Shown here piece after piece: positions 19,161 through 26,673 of a stretch of DNA of 64,000 nucleotides (positions are counted from its first letter, which is position 1; each line of letters starts with the position of its first letter). Source of the DNA: an uncultured Gemmatimonadales bacterium (lineage in GTDB: Bacteria; Gemmatimonadota; Gemmatimonadetes; Gemmatimonadales; JACORV01); NCBI GenBank assembly GCA_963806755.1, contig CAWDZR010000016.1, positions 153,948 to 217,947 on the forward strand, read 5' to 3'. The translations under genes and the position numbers were made by a program. The notes below the pieces were generated by a model. That model worked only from the letters and a program-made list of their open reading frames with translations. It searched no databases and was not told where the DNA came from.

Positions 19161-20489
19161 TCAGCTCCCTCCCCCTCCGCCGTCGGCCATCGCGCGCCGC
19201 AGCGCGTCGAGCGCCGCCTGCGCGGCGCGGCGCCGGATCGCGTCGCGGTCGCCGGGCAGCAGGAACCGGAAGGCCCGCACCCGCCCCTGCCATTGCACGC
19301 CGATCCACACCGTGCCCACGGGCTTCTCCGGCGTCCCCCCGTCGGGCCCGGCAATGCCGGTGACGGCGATCGCCGCGTCGGTGCCGAGGACGCGGGCCGC
19401 CCCCGCGCACATCTGGCGCACGACCTCCTCGCTCACGGCACCGTGTCGCGCCAGCTCGTCGGCCGACACGCCGAGGAGTCCGCACTTCACGTCGTTGTCG
19501 TAGGCGACCACGCCGCCGAGGAAGACGCGCGAGCTGCCGGGCACGGCGGTGATCCGTCCTCCCAGCAACCCGCCGGTGCACGATTCGGCGACCGCCAGCC
19601 TGGCGCCGTGGCGCTCGAGCTCGCCGAGGACGAGCGCCGCGAGATCCGCGTCGCCTTCGCCGTAGCAGGTCGCGCCCAGCAGCGGGCGCAGCGCCGCGGC
19701 GGCCTTCGCCAGCGCCGCCTCGGCCTCCGCCGGAGCGACCTGCCACGCCGTCAGCCTGAGGTCGGTGCCTTCGGGGCCGGGGAGCCACGCGAGCGTCACG
19801 TGCTGCCCGAGCAGCCGGGAGGGGTCGCCGACCTTGTCCGCGAGCGCGGATTCCGAAATGCCGGTGGTGCGCAGCGTGCGGCTGAGGATGACCGTGGCCG
19901 CGGTCTCCGTGCCTCCGTGCCCCTGTGCCCCCGTGCCTCCGTCCTCCCGTGCCCCCGTGCCCCCGTGCCCCCGTGCCACCAGCCTCGGGATCACCTCCTG
20001 CTCGAGCAGCCCCCGCATCTCGACCGGCACGCCGGGGAGCAGGACGGCCAGGCGGCCGCGATCGTCCTCGAGCCAGAGCCCCGGGGCGGTGCCCGCGCGG
20101 TTCGGGAGCACCGTGGCGCCCTCCGGCACGTCCGCCTGGCGCCGGTTGGCCTCGGGCATCGGCCCGCGGCCCAGCCGGGCGAACCGCTCCTCGAGGGCGG
20201 CCACCAGCGCGGGGTCGCGCACCAGGCGGCGGCCGAAGACCGCGGCCACGGCCTCGCGCGTGAGGTCGTCCTCGGTCGGGCCGAGCCCGCCCGTGACGAT
20301 CACGGTGCCGGTGCGCTCGAGCGCGGCCGCCACGGCCGCGCGCACGGCTGCGGCCTCGTCGCCGACCGTGCCGTGCGCCGCGAGCCGGATGCCAGCCGCG
20401 GCCAGCCGCCGCCCGGCGTCGGCCGCGTTCGTGTCCACCGTGAAGCCCAGCAGCAGCTCGGTGCCGACGGTCAGGAGCTCGCAGTCCAT
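19161..20489 (-). CDS. cinA: CinA family protein (MoCF-binding domain plus nicotinamide-nucleotide amidohydrolase PncC domain)
   Basis: This is the C-terminal 442 aa of track ORF 19161..21125, starting at ATG 20489. Supporting motifs: ELLTVGTELLLG..DTNA.., ..VTGGLGPTEDDLT.., and C-terminal AESCTGGLLG..VAY.N..K...LGV. The interdomain linker carries the 8-nt repeat tract. Confidence 0.85.
   Translation of the reverse strand: MDCELLTVGTELLLGFTVDTNAADAGRRLAAAGIRLAAHGTVGDEAAAVRAAVAAALERTGTVIVTGGLGPTEDDLTREAVAAVFGRRLVRDPALVAALEERFARLGRGPMPEANRRQADVPEGATVLPNRAGTAPGLWLEDDRGRLAVLLPGVPVEMRGLLEQEVIPRLVARGHGGTGAREDGGTGAQGHGGTETAATVILSRTLRTTGISESALADKVGDPSRLLGQHVTLAWLPGPEGTDLRLTAWQVAPAEAEAALAKAAAALRPLLGATCYGEGDADLAALVLGELERHGARLAVAESCTGGLLGGRITAVPGSSRVFLGGVVAYDNDVKCGLLGVSADELARHGAVSEEVVRQMCAGAARVLGTDAAIAVTGIAGPDGGTPEKPVGTVWIGVQWQGRVRAFRFLLPGDRDAIRRRAAQAALDALRRAMADGGGGGS
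19907..19978. repeat. Nine tandem copies of an 8-nt unit (CCGTGCCC on +, GGGCACGG on the coding strand), in frame inside cinA
   Basis: Units: ccgtgcct ccgtgccc ctgtgccc ccgtgcct ccgtcctc ccgtgccc ccgtgccc ccgtgccc ccgtgcca. That is 72 nt or 24 codons, encoding ..ARGHGGTGAREDGGTGAQGHGGTE.. Confidence 0.85.
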
Positions 20490-20491
20490 GG

Positions 20492-21127
20492 TCAGCGCTG
20501 GGGCGCGCGGAACAAGGCGCGGTACCGGTACAGGTACACGGCGAAGGAGTACACGGTCAGGACGACCGCGATGGCCAGCGTGAGGGCCACCACGGCGCCG
20601 TGGAAGTCGTCCCAGGCGTCCCGCAGGCGGCCGGTGAGCCCGGTCGAGACGATGTAGTCCTTCCACGCGAACCAGGCGATGGTGGCGCCGATGAAGACGT
20701 ACTGGAAGATGGCCTTGAGCTTCCCCTCGTTGCCCGCGGGAATCACGACGCCGCGCTTCTTCGCTTCGTAGCGGAACGCCGTCATCAGCAGCTCGCGGCC
20801 CACGAGCATGATCGCCACCCACAGCGGCAGGCTCCCCCACCACGGGATCCCGTACAGCACGGTCGGGTGGCGCGTGAGCCAGTAGATGGGCACGAGGGTC
20901 GCGACCAGCAGCAGCTTGTCGGCGACGGGGTCGAGCAGCTTGCCCACGTCGCTCACCTGCTGGCGGCTGCGCGCCAGGTAGCCGTCCACCACGTCGCTGA
21001 CGGCGGCGACGACGAAGATCACGAACGCGATGACCTTGGGCCAGTAACCTTCGATGAACGGCAGCAGGGCGATGACCGGCGCGAGGACGATGCGCGCCAG
21101 GGTGAGAACGTTCGGCAGGGTCCACAT
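20492..21127 (-). CDS. pgsA: CDP-diacylglycerol--glycerol-3-phosphate 3-phosphatidyltransferase
   Basis: MWTLPNVLTLARI.. with the CDP-alcohol phosphatidyltransferase motif SDVVDGYLAR....S..GKLLDPVADK. 211 aa, multi-TM. Confidence 0.9.
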   Translation of the reverse strand: MWTLPNVLTLARIVLAPVIALLPFIEGYWPKVIAFVIFVVAAVSDVVDGYLARSRQQVSDVGKLLDPVADKLLLVATLVPIYWLTRHPTVLYGIPWWGSLPLWVAIMLVGRELLMTAFRYEAKKRGVVIPAGNEGKLKAIFQYVFIGATIAWFAWKDYIVSTGLTGRLRDAWDDFHGAVVALTLAIAVVLTVYSFAVYLYRYRALFRAPQR

Positions 21128-21134
21128 GCGCCCG

Positions 21135-21812
21135 TCAGCCGAGCGACTTCAATACCAGCTTGCTGACCGCCTTGAGCGTCTCGAAGACGCCGTCGCCCGT
21201 GATCGCCACCGCCTCGTACGCCGGCGCGCGCTCCACCCACTCGCCGGTGGGCAGCTGCATGACGAGGTACTCGCCCGCCCAGTTCGGGTCGGGCGTGACC
21301 TTCTGCCGGTCGGGGCTCGCGACCGGCCAGCCGGGATTCAGCGAGGCCTGCAGCTCCTTGATCGGCGATGCGTTGGGAAGGTCGCGCTTGTTGTACTGCA
21401 CCACGAAGGGGAGCTTGGTCAGGTCGTAGCCGTACTCGGCCATGTTGTCGTACAGGTTCTGCATGGACTCGATGTTCGCTTCCATGCGCTCGACCTGGCT
21501 GTCGGCCACGAACACGATGCCGTCCACGCCCTTGAGGATCAGCTTGCGGCTGGCGTTGTAGTACACCTGGCCCGGCACGGTGTAGAGGTGGAACCGGGTC
21601 TTGAAGCCGCGGATCGTGCCCAGGTCCACGGGCAGGAAGTCGAAGAACAGCGTGCGCTCGGTCTCGGTCGCGAGCGAGATGAGCTTGCCGCGCGTGTTGG
21701 GCTGCACCTTGCCGTACACGTGCTCGAGGTTGGTGGTCTTGCCCCCCAGCCCGGGCCCGTAGTACACGAGCTTGCAGTTGATCTCGCGCGAGGCGTAGTT
21801 GATCATCGACAT
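21135..21812 (-). CDS. mglA: MglA-type Ras-like small GTPase (polarity/gliding motility regulator) carrying an insertion of about 35 aa
   Basis: [86 protein letters not shown]. This is near-identical in pattern to Myxococcus MglA. There is extra sequence between LNP and YEAVA. Confidence 0.9.
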   Translation of the reverse strand: MSMINYASREINCKLVYYGPGLGGKTTNLEHVYGKVQPNTRGKLISLATETERTLFFDFLPVDLGTIRGFKTRFHLYTVPGQVYYNASRKLILKGVDGIVFVADSQVERMEANIESMQNLYDNMAEYGYDLTKLPFVVQYNKRDLPNASPIKELQASLNPGWPVASPDRQKVTPDPNWAGEYLVMQLPTGEWVERAPAYEAVAITGDGVFETLKAVSKLVLKSLG

Positions 21813-21824
21813 GGCGTGAGCCCC

Positions 21825-22316
21825 TCAGTCCCCGAACAGCTTGTCGATCTCATCTTCCGCCTCTTTGGAGCCGAAGCCCTCGACCTTCGGGCTCTGGGTC
21901 CCGGACCGCGTGAACATGTCCTCGAACACCTTGGTGAGCTCCTCGACCGTCGCCTTCATCTTGAGGCGCACCAGGCCCAGGGTCGTCCGGCTGTCGAACA
22001 GCGCCACCAGGATGACGCGCCGCGCCACGTCGGCCAGGTACATGGACTCCTTCTCGCCCTGGTGGAACAGCGAGGAGAACTCGTGCTCGCCGATCATCTT
22101 CGCGAGCTGGTCGTTGGCGCTGAAGTCCGCGGCCGTGAGCGAGGCGAACGCCTGCGGATCGAACTGGGGCGGCTCCCCGACGTTGGCGACCACCTGCCCG
22201 TTGCGGTCCACCAGCATCAGGGACTTCACGTTGGTCTCCCGCAGGAGGCCGCTCATGTGGCCCGTGATGGTCTTGTAGTCCTCTTCGCGGAACGACCAGC
22301 TCGACGCACCCGGCAT
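21825..22316 (-). CDS. mglB: MglB-like Roadblock/LC7 domain protein (putative GAP for MglA)
   Basis: 163 aa. Has the Roadblock/LC7 pattern (..VKSLMLVDRNGQVVA..FASLTAADF..ILVALFD..TLGLVRLK..) and an acidic C-terminal tail. Lies 12 nt upstream of mglA. Confidence 0.8.
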   Translation of the reverse strand: MPGASSWSFREEDYKTITGHMSGLLRETNVKSLMLVDRNGQVVANVGEPPQFDPQAFASLTAADFSANDQLAKMIGEHEFSSLFHQGEKESMYLADVARRVILVALFDSRTTLGLVRLKMKATVEELTKVFEDMFTRSGTQSPKVEGFGSKEAEDEIDKLFGD

Positions 22317-22328
22317 GCCGTGCCCCGC

Positions 22329-22598
22329 TTACGAGAGGTGAGCTTCCATCCGGCGTACGATGGCTTCGGCCCGCCGCCGCAGCGCCGGATGTTCTTCCCA
22401 GGAGAGGTAGTCGCGCAGCACCTGCACCGCCTCGACCCCCGGATGCCCGCTCAAATACCCCAGCGCCGCCAGCCGGCGCAAGGGGCGCGCGCTGAACAGG
22501 GCCGAGCGCCACTTGCCCATGGACCGCTGCGCGAGCAGGGCCCCCGCCACGAAGCCGGCCGCCGTGGCCGCCGCCACGTACAGGCCGCGGCGCCTCAT
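22329..22598 (-). CDS. Small hypothetical protein with N-terminal TM segment
   Basis: This is the C-terminal 89 aa of track ORF 22329..22964. ATG 22598 overlaps the recR stop codon (ATGA). Sequence: MRRRGLYVAAATAAGFVAGALLAQ.. then a helical region (YLSGHPGVEAVQVLRDYL). TAA stop. I recognise no family. Confidence 0.45.
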   Translation of the reverse strand: MRRRGLYVAAATAAGFVAGALLAQRSMGKWRSALFSARPLRRLAALGYLSGHPGVEAVQVLRDYLSWEEHPALRRRAEAIVRRMEAHLS

Positions 22599-23200
22599 TC
22601 GACCGGGAAGCGGCGGCGCGCCGCGAAGGCCTGGGCGATGGTCTCGCCGTCCGCGTACTCGAGCTCGCCGCCCACGGGCAGCCCCCGTGCCAGGCGGCTG
22701 ACGCCGACGGCCGGCGCCTGGGCATGGAGCGAGCGCTCGAGGTAGTGGGCCGTCGCTTCCCCCTCCACCGACGGGTTCGTGGCCACGATCACCTCGCGGA
22801 CCGCCGACCCGTCCGCGAGCCGCCCGAGCAGCGCGGCGATGTTGAGGCGATCGGGCCCCACGCCGTCGAGGGGCGAGAGCCGCCCGCCGAGCACGTGGTA
22901 GAGCCCCCGGTATTCCCCCGTCCGCTCGATCGCCGCCACGTCGGAGGCCTCCTCCACGACGCACACCAGGGTGGCGTCGCGCCGCGGATCGGTGCAGATC
23001 GCGCAGGGATCCTGCTCCGTGAGGTCGCCGCAGCGGGAGCAGGCCCGTACCCGCTCGCCGAGCGCCGCGACGGCGCGGGCGAGCCGCGCGGACTCCTCGC
23101 GGGGCTGCTTGAGCAGGAAGTACGTCAGGCGCTGCGCCGTCTTGCGGCCGATGCCCGGGAGCTTCGCGAACTCCGCGACCAGCTCCTCGATCGCGGCCAC
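22595..23200 (-). CDS. recR: Recombination protein RecR
   Basis: ..LPGIGRKTAQRL.. HhH motif, a C4 zinc finger (CSRCGDL...CAIC) and a Toprim domain (VCVVE...D..A.E.TGEY.G.YHVLGG). Confidence 0.95.
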   Translation of the reverse strand: MAAIEELVAEFAKLPGIGRKTAQRLTYFLLKQPREESARLARAVAALGERVRACSRCGDLTEQDPCAICTDPRRDATLVCVVEEASDVAAIERTGEYRGLYHVLGGRLSPLDGVGPDRLNIAALLGRLADGSAVREVIVATNPSVEGEATAHYLERSLHAQAPAVGVSRLARGLPVGGELEYADGETIAQAFAARRRFPVE

Positions 23201-23202
23201 GG

Positions 23203-23523
23203 CTACAGCGAGAACGGCAGCGGAAACGGCAGGGCCGTCTGGACCTTCTTGATCTCGTCCTGCGCCACCTCCGCCGCCCGCTTCTGCACTTCCGCCACCG
23301 CCGCGAGGACGAGGTCCTCGAGCATCTCGACGTCCGCCGCCGACCCCAGGAGGCTGGGGTCGATGTGGACTTCCCGGACCTGGCCCCGGCCGTCGGCCGT
23401 CACCGTCACCATGCCGGCGCCGGACGACCCCGTCACGGTCCGCTGCGCCAATTCCGTCTGGATCGCGGCCAGCCGCCCCTGCATCTGCTGCCCTAACTGC
23501 AGGAGCGCACGAAGATCGGTCAT
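23203..23523 (-). CDS. ybaB: YbaB/EbfC family nucleoid-associated protein
   Basis: Track ORF 23203..23559, with the start placed at ATG 23523. Sequence: MTDLRALLQLGQQMQGRLAAIQTELAQRTVTGSSGAGMVTVTADGRGQVREVHIDPSLL. Conserved position between dnaX and recR. Confidence 0.9.
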   Translation of the reverse strand: MTDLRALLQLGQQMQGRLAAIQTELAQRTVTGSSGAGMVTVTADGRGQVREVHIDPSLLGSAADVEMLEDLVLAAVAEVQKRAAEVAQDEIKKVQTALPFPLPFSL

Positions 23524-23561
23524 TGGTGGAAACCTAGGCCCGGCGGGGGTCCGTCGCAAGC

Positions 23562-25403
23562 CTACTCGAGAAGCTCCAAGTCCAAGCTATCTATAGCGCT
23601 ATCCAGCGTCGGGTCACGCTGGCGCAGGGCCTTCACGCGCTCCGCCTTGGCGCCCGTGGCGGTGACGCGCTGCGGGAGCGAAGGGGGCACCGGGGGCGGG
23701 TTCGGGACGGAACCCGCCGGGGCGGCGGGCACCGCCGAGGCCTCCCGGACCGCGCCCGGACCGCCGCCGCCGGGTCGCGCGGGTGCCGCCTCGGAGACCA
23801 CGACGCGGACGCGGGCGCCGGTCACCTGCTCGACGATGGTCTCGACGGCCGAGCGGTTCCGGCTCAATCCCTCCGCCGTCATCGGGTTGAGACCGCGGGT
23901 CCGCAGGCGCAAGGCGCCGTCCTCGAGCTCCGCCGGCTCGGCGTCCTCGAGCGCGTTGCCCACCATCGGCTTCTGGGCCTTGGCGGCCGCGACGACGTCG
24001 GGCCAGGCGGCGACGAGCGACGCGAGCGACACGGCACCGCCGGCCACCGCGGGCGCAGGAGCCACATCCTCCGGCTGCGGCGACGCGACGCGCTCGGCAG
24101 GCGCCGCGGCGGACGCCGGCCCCGGCGGCGCGGCAGGCGGCGTCGGCGGCGCCCCGGCGTCGCGCACCAGCCTGGGGGGTGGTGGTGGGGCCTGCCCTCT
24201 GCCCCCTCCCGACTCGTAACCACTTCGCAACTTGGCGTCTCGCAACTGACCTGAAGGCTCACCTCTGAGCAACTCCGCGATCTGCACGGTGCGATCCATG
24301 AGCGTCCATCGCACCAGCAGCGTCTCGATCGCCAGTCGCGCGTTGGCGCCGCGCCGGATCGGCTCCTCCGCCTCCTCGAGGGCGCGGAGCATGCGCAGCA
24401 GGTCGCCGGGCTCGAACGACGGCGCGGCCGCGACGACGCGGGCCGCGAGGCCGGACGCGAGGCCGGCGGGCTGCCCGCCGAGGCGCGTGGCCAGGAGCGC
24501 GCGCAGCACGTCGCCCGCCCCGTCCACGAACGGGGCGAGGTCCACGCCGGCGTCCGCCAGTCGCGCCACGAACGGGAAAACGTCCGCCGCCCGGCGCGCG
24601 GCGACCAGGTCCAGCAGCTCCGCGAACACCTCGTCGCCCACCAGGCCGAGCACCTGCCGCACGCGCTCCGCGGTCAGCGGGCCCTCGCCGAAGGCCGTCG
24701 CCTGGTCGAGCACCGAGAGCGCGTCCCGCAGGCCGCCGTCGGCCACGCGCGCGATGATCTCGACCGCGTCGGGCTCGGCGCTCAGGCCTTCCTGGGCGAG
24801 GACGCTGCGCAACCGCTCGGCGATCGCCGGCGCGCCGACGCGGCGGAAGTCGAACCGCTGCAGCCGGCTCATCACGGGCGCGGCGGTGTTGCCGATCTTG
24901 TGCGGCTCGGTGGTGGCGAAGACGAACACGACGCCGGGCGGCGGCTCCTCCAGGATCTTCAGGAGCGCGTTCCAGGCGTCGCGGGTGAGCATGTGGGCTT
25001 CGTCCACGATGTAGACCTTGTGGCGGCCCTCCTGCGACGCGGCGTACATCGCCCGCTCCCGCAGGTCGCGCGCGTCGTCCACGCCGCGGTTGCTCGCCGC
25101 GTCGATCTCGACCACGTCGAGGCTCGCCGACCCCGCCCAGATCCGCCGGCACGACGCGCACTCGCCGCACGGCTCCCCCGGGGCGGCCGTCGCCGTGCCG
25201 GCGTGCCGCGCTTCGCAGTTCAGGGCCATGGCGAGGATGCGGGCCGCCGTCGTCTTGCCCACGCCGCGCGGCCCGGCGAACAGGTACCCGTGCGCCACCT
25301 TGCCCTGCTCCACCGCGCCGCGCAGCGCGCGGGCGACGTGGTCCTGCGCGATCAGGTCGCCGAACAGTCGCGGACGATATTTCCGGGCCAGGGCGAGGTA
25401 CAT
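23562..25403 (-). CDS. dnaX: DNA polymerase III subunit gamma/tau
   Basis: MYLALARKYRP..F.DLI.Q.HV...L......GKVAHGYLF.GPRGVGKTT.ARI.A..LNC, a zinc module (CGECASC), and KVYI.DEAHMLT. Long Pro/Ala-rich variable C-terminal half. Confidence 0.95.
   Translation of the reverse strand: MYLALARKYRPRLFGDLIAQDHVARALRGAVEQGKVAHGYLFAGPRGVGKTTAARILAMALNCEARHAGTATAAPGEPCGECASCRRIWAGSASLDVVEIDAASNRGVDDARDLRERAMYAASQEGRHKVYIVDEAHMLTRDAWNALLKILEEPPPGVVFVFATTEPHKIGNTAAPVMSRLQRFDFRRVGAPAIAERLRSVLAQEGLSAEPDAVEIIARVADGGLRDALSVLDQATAFGEGPLTAERVRQVLGLVGDEVFAELLDLVAARRAADVFPFVARLADAGVDLAPFVDGAGDVLRALLATRLGGQPAGLASGLAARVVAAAPSFEPGDLLRMLRALEEAEEPIRRGANARLAIETLLVRWTLMDRTVQIAELLRGEPSGQLRDAKLRSGYESGGGRGQAPPPPPRLVRDAGAPPTPPAAPPGPASAAAPAERVASPQPEDVAPAPAVAGGAVSLASLVAAWPDVVAAAKAQKPMVGNALEDAEPAELEDGALRLRTRGLNPMTAEGLSRNRSAVETIVEQVTGARVRVVVSEAAPARPGGGGPGAVREASAVPAAPAGSVPNPPPVPPSLPQRVTATGAKAERVKALRQRDPTLDSAIDSLDLELLE
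24218..24250. repeat. Solo arm of the AGTTGCGAG-type inverted-repeat element, embedded in frame in dnaX
   Basis: aaccacttcgcaacttggcgtctcgcaactgacc, compared with aaccactcgcaactcggcgtctcgcaactcaact at 25905-25938. It encodes ..GQLRDAKLRSGYE.. in the DnaX variable region. Confidence 0.55.
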
Positions 25404-25441
25404 ATCAGAGTTGCCAGATGGCGAGTTGACAGGTGTCAGGG

Positions 25442-25580
25442 AAGTTGCGAGACGCCAAGTTGCGAGTGGTCACGAGACGCGAGTCAGCGGCACGCAGACG
25501 AGTCAGCAGTTGCCAACAACCGGTCTCACGTCGGCAGTCTCCGGTCTGTGAACCACTCGCAACTCGGCGTCTCACCACTT
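25442..25580. repeat. MITE-like long imperfect hairpin element (copy 1) between ffs and dnaX
   Basis: Terminal inverted repeats: aagttgcgagacgccaagttgcgagtggt (25442-25470) and aaccactcgcaactcggcgtctcaccactt (25551-25580). The interior is also partially self-complementary. Confidence 0.6.
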
Positions 25581-25623
25581 CACTGCAGTCCGCCAGGCCG
25601 ACTGACTGATCACCGTGCAGGTT

Positions 25624-25730
25624 GGAGTGCCCCAGGCACCCCGCCGCGACGTGGGACATCACTTAGCGCTGCTGCCTTCGGGGCTCTGACGCGGTTCGTG
25701 CGCCCTCGCCCGACGGACCTGGGGCACCTC
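25624..25730 (-). ncRNA. ffs: Signal recognition particle RNA (small, 4.5S-type)
   Basis: Minus-strand RNA: GGUGCCCCAGG...CGUCAGAGCCCCGAAGGCAGCAGCGCUAAGUGAUG...CCUGGGGCAC. The ends form a 10-bp closing helix. The apical GUCAG..GAAGG.AGCAGC..AAG.GA resembles the conserved domain IV of E. coli 4.5S RNA (GUCAGGUCCGGAAGGAAGCAGCCAAGGCAGA). It sits immediately upstream of dnaX, as in Bacillus subtilis scr-dnaX. Ends are approximate. Confidence 0.8.
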
Positions 25731-25783
25731 AAGGTAGCATGTCGGCATCTGGGAGACCAGTTGCGAGGCACGAGTCTGCAGAA

Positions 25784-25938
25784 CAGTTGTGAGACGCCGA
25801 GTTGCGAGCGGTTACGAGATGCGAGTTGCCGGCAGGAGAGCAAGCCCCGCGGCAGCCCCGTAGCCGCCCGAGGGCTGTTCTCGCACGGCTTCCTCACATC
25901 TCACAACCACTCGCAACTCGGCGTCTCGCAACTCAACT
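25784..25938. repeat. MITE-like long imperfect hairpin element (copy 2) between kdpE and ffs
   Basis: Terminal inverted repeats: cagttgtgagacgccgagttgcgagcggt (25784-25812) and aaccactcgcaactcggcgtctcgcaactcaact (25905-25938). The segment after the left arm (tacgagatgcgagt) parallels copy 1 (cacgagacgcgagt). Confidence 0.6.
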
Positions 25939-25955
25939 GACCCCCGACATCCTCC

Positions 25956-26648
25956 TCACTCCGCCTTGAGCCGGTAGCCGACGCCGGATTCGGTGAGCAG
26001 GTACCGCGGCCGGGACGGCTCCACCTCGAGCTTGTGCCTGAGCTGCGTCATGTACACCCGCACGTAGTGCGCATGCTCCACCGCGTTCGGCCCCCACGCC
26101 TCCTTCAGCAGCTGGCGGTGCGTGACCACCTTGCCCGCATGGTGCACCAGGGTGGTGAGCAGCTTGTACTCGATCGGCGTGAGGTGGACCTCGGCGCCGC
26201 CCCGGTACACCAGTCGCGCGGCGAGGTCCACCTTCAGATCGCCCACGGTGAAGACCGGATCGCCGTCTTCGGCGCTCGCGACGCGGCGCAGGGCGACGCG
26301 GAGCCGTGCGAGCAGCTCGCCAAGGCCGAACGGCTTGGTGAGGTAGTCGTCGGCGCCGGCGTCCAGCGCGGCGATCTTGTCCTGTTCGCGGCCGCGGGCG
26401 GAGATGACGATGATCGGCGTCCGGGACCACTCCCGGACGCGGCGCGTCAGCTCGAGGCCGTCCAGGTCGGGCAGGCCGAGGTCGAGGAGGATGACGTCGG
26501 GGTTGCGGCCGGTGGCCTGGGCGAGGCCCTCGCGCGCGGTCACCGCCTCGACGATGCGGTAGTCGTGCGCCTCGAGCGACGCCTTCAGGAAGCGTCGCAT
26601 CTGGGGCTCGTCTTCGATGACCAGGATCGTCGGCGCTACGTCGCTCAT
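25956..26648 (-). CDS. kdpE: Response regulator KdpE (OmpR family)
   Basis: Track ORF 25956..26714, with the start at ATG 26648. Sequence: MSDVAPTILVIEDEPQMRRFL..DLGLPDLDG..ISARG.E.DKI.ALDAGADDYLTKPF..LTP.EYKLL..L..HAGKV.T...LL...WG. Lies downstream of kdpD. Confidence 0.9.
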   Translation of the reverse strand: MSDVAPTILVIEDEPQMRRFLKASLEAHDYRIVEAVTAREGLAQATGRNPDVILLDLGLPDLDGLELTRRVREWSRTPIIVISARGREQDKIAALDAGADDYLTKPFGLGELLARLRVALRRVASAEDGDPVFTVGDLKVDLAARLVYRGGAEVHLTPIEYKLLTTLVHHAGKVVTHRQLLKEAWGPNAVEHAHYVRVYMTQLRHKLEVEPSRPRYLLTESGVGYRLKAE

Positions 26649-26673
26649 GGGGCCGCCCGCGAGGTGGCAGAAG

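Noticed and set aside
19907-19978. Short tandem repeats (also 38530..38583 and 41356..41403) considered as a CRISPR array
   Set aside because: The units are 8 or 18 nt and directly abut with no spacers. They lie inside ORFs, and there are no cas genes. They are not CRISPR.
23562-25403. Programmed frameshift or slippage site in dnaX
   Set aside because: I found no A-rich heptamer (A AAA AAG type) or poly-A run on the coding strand. Only the embedded repeat arm is unusual, and it is reported separately.
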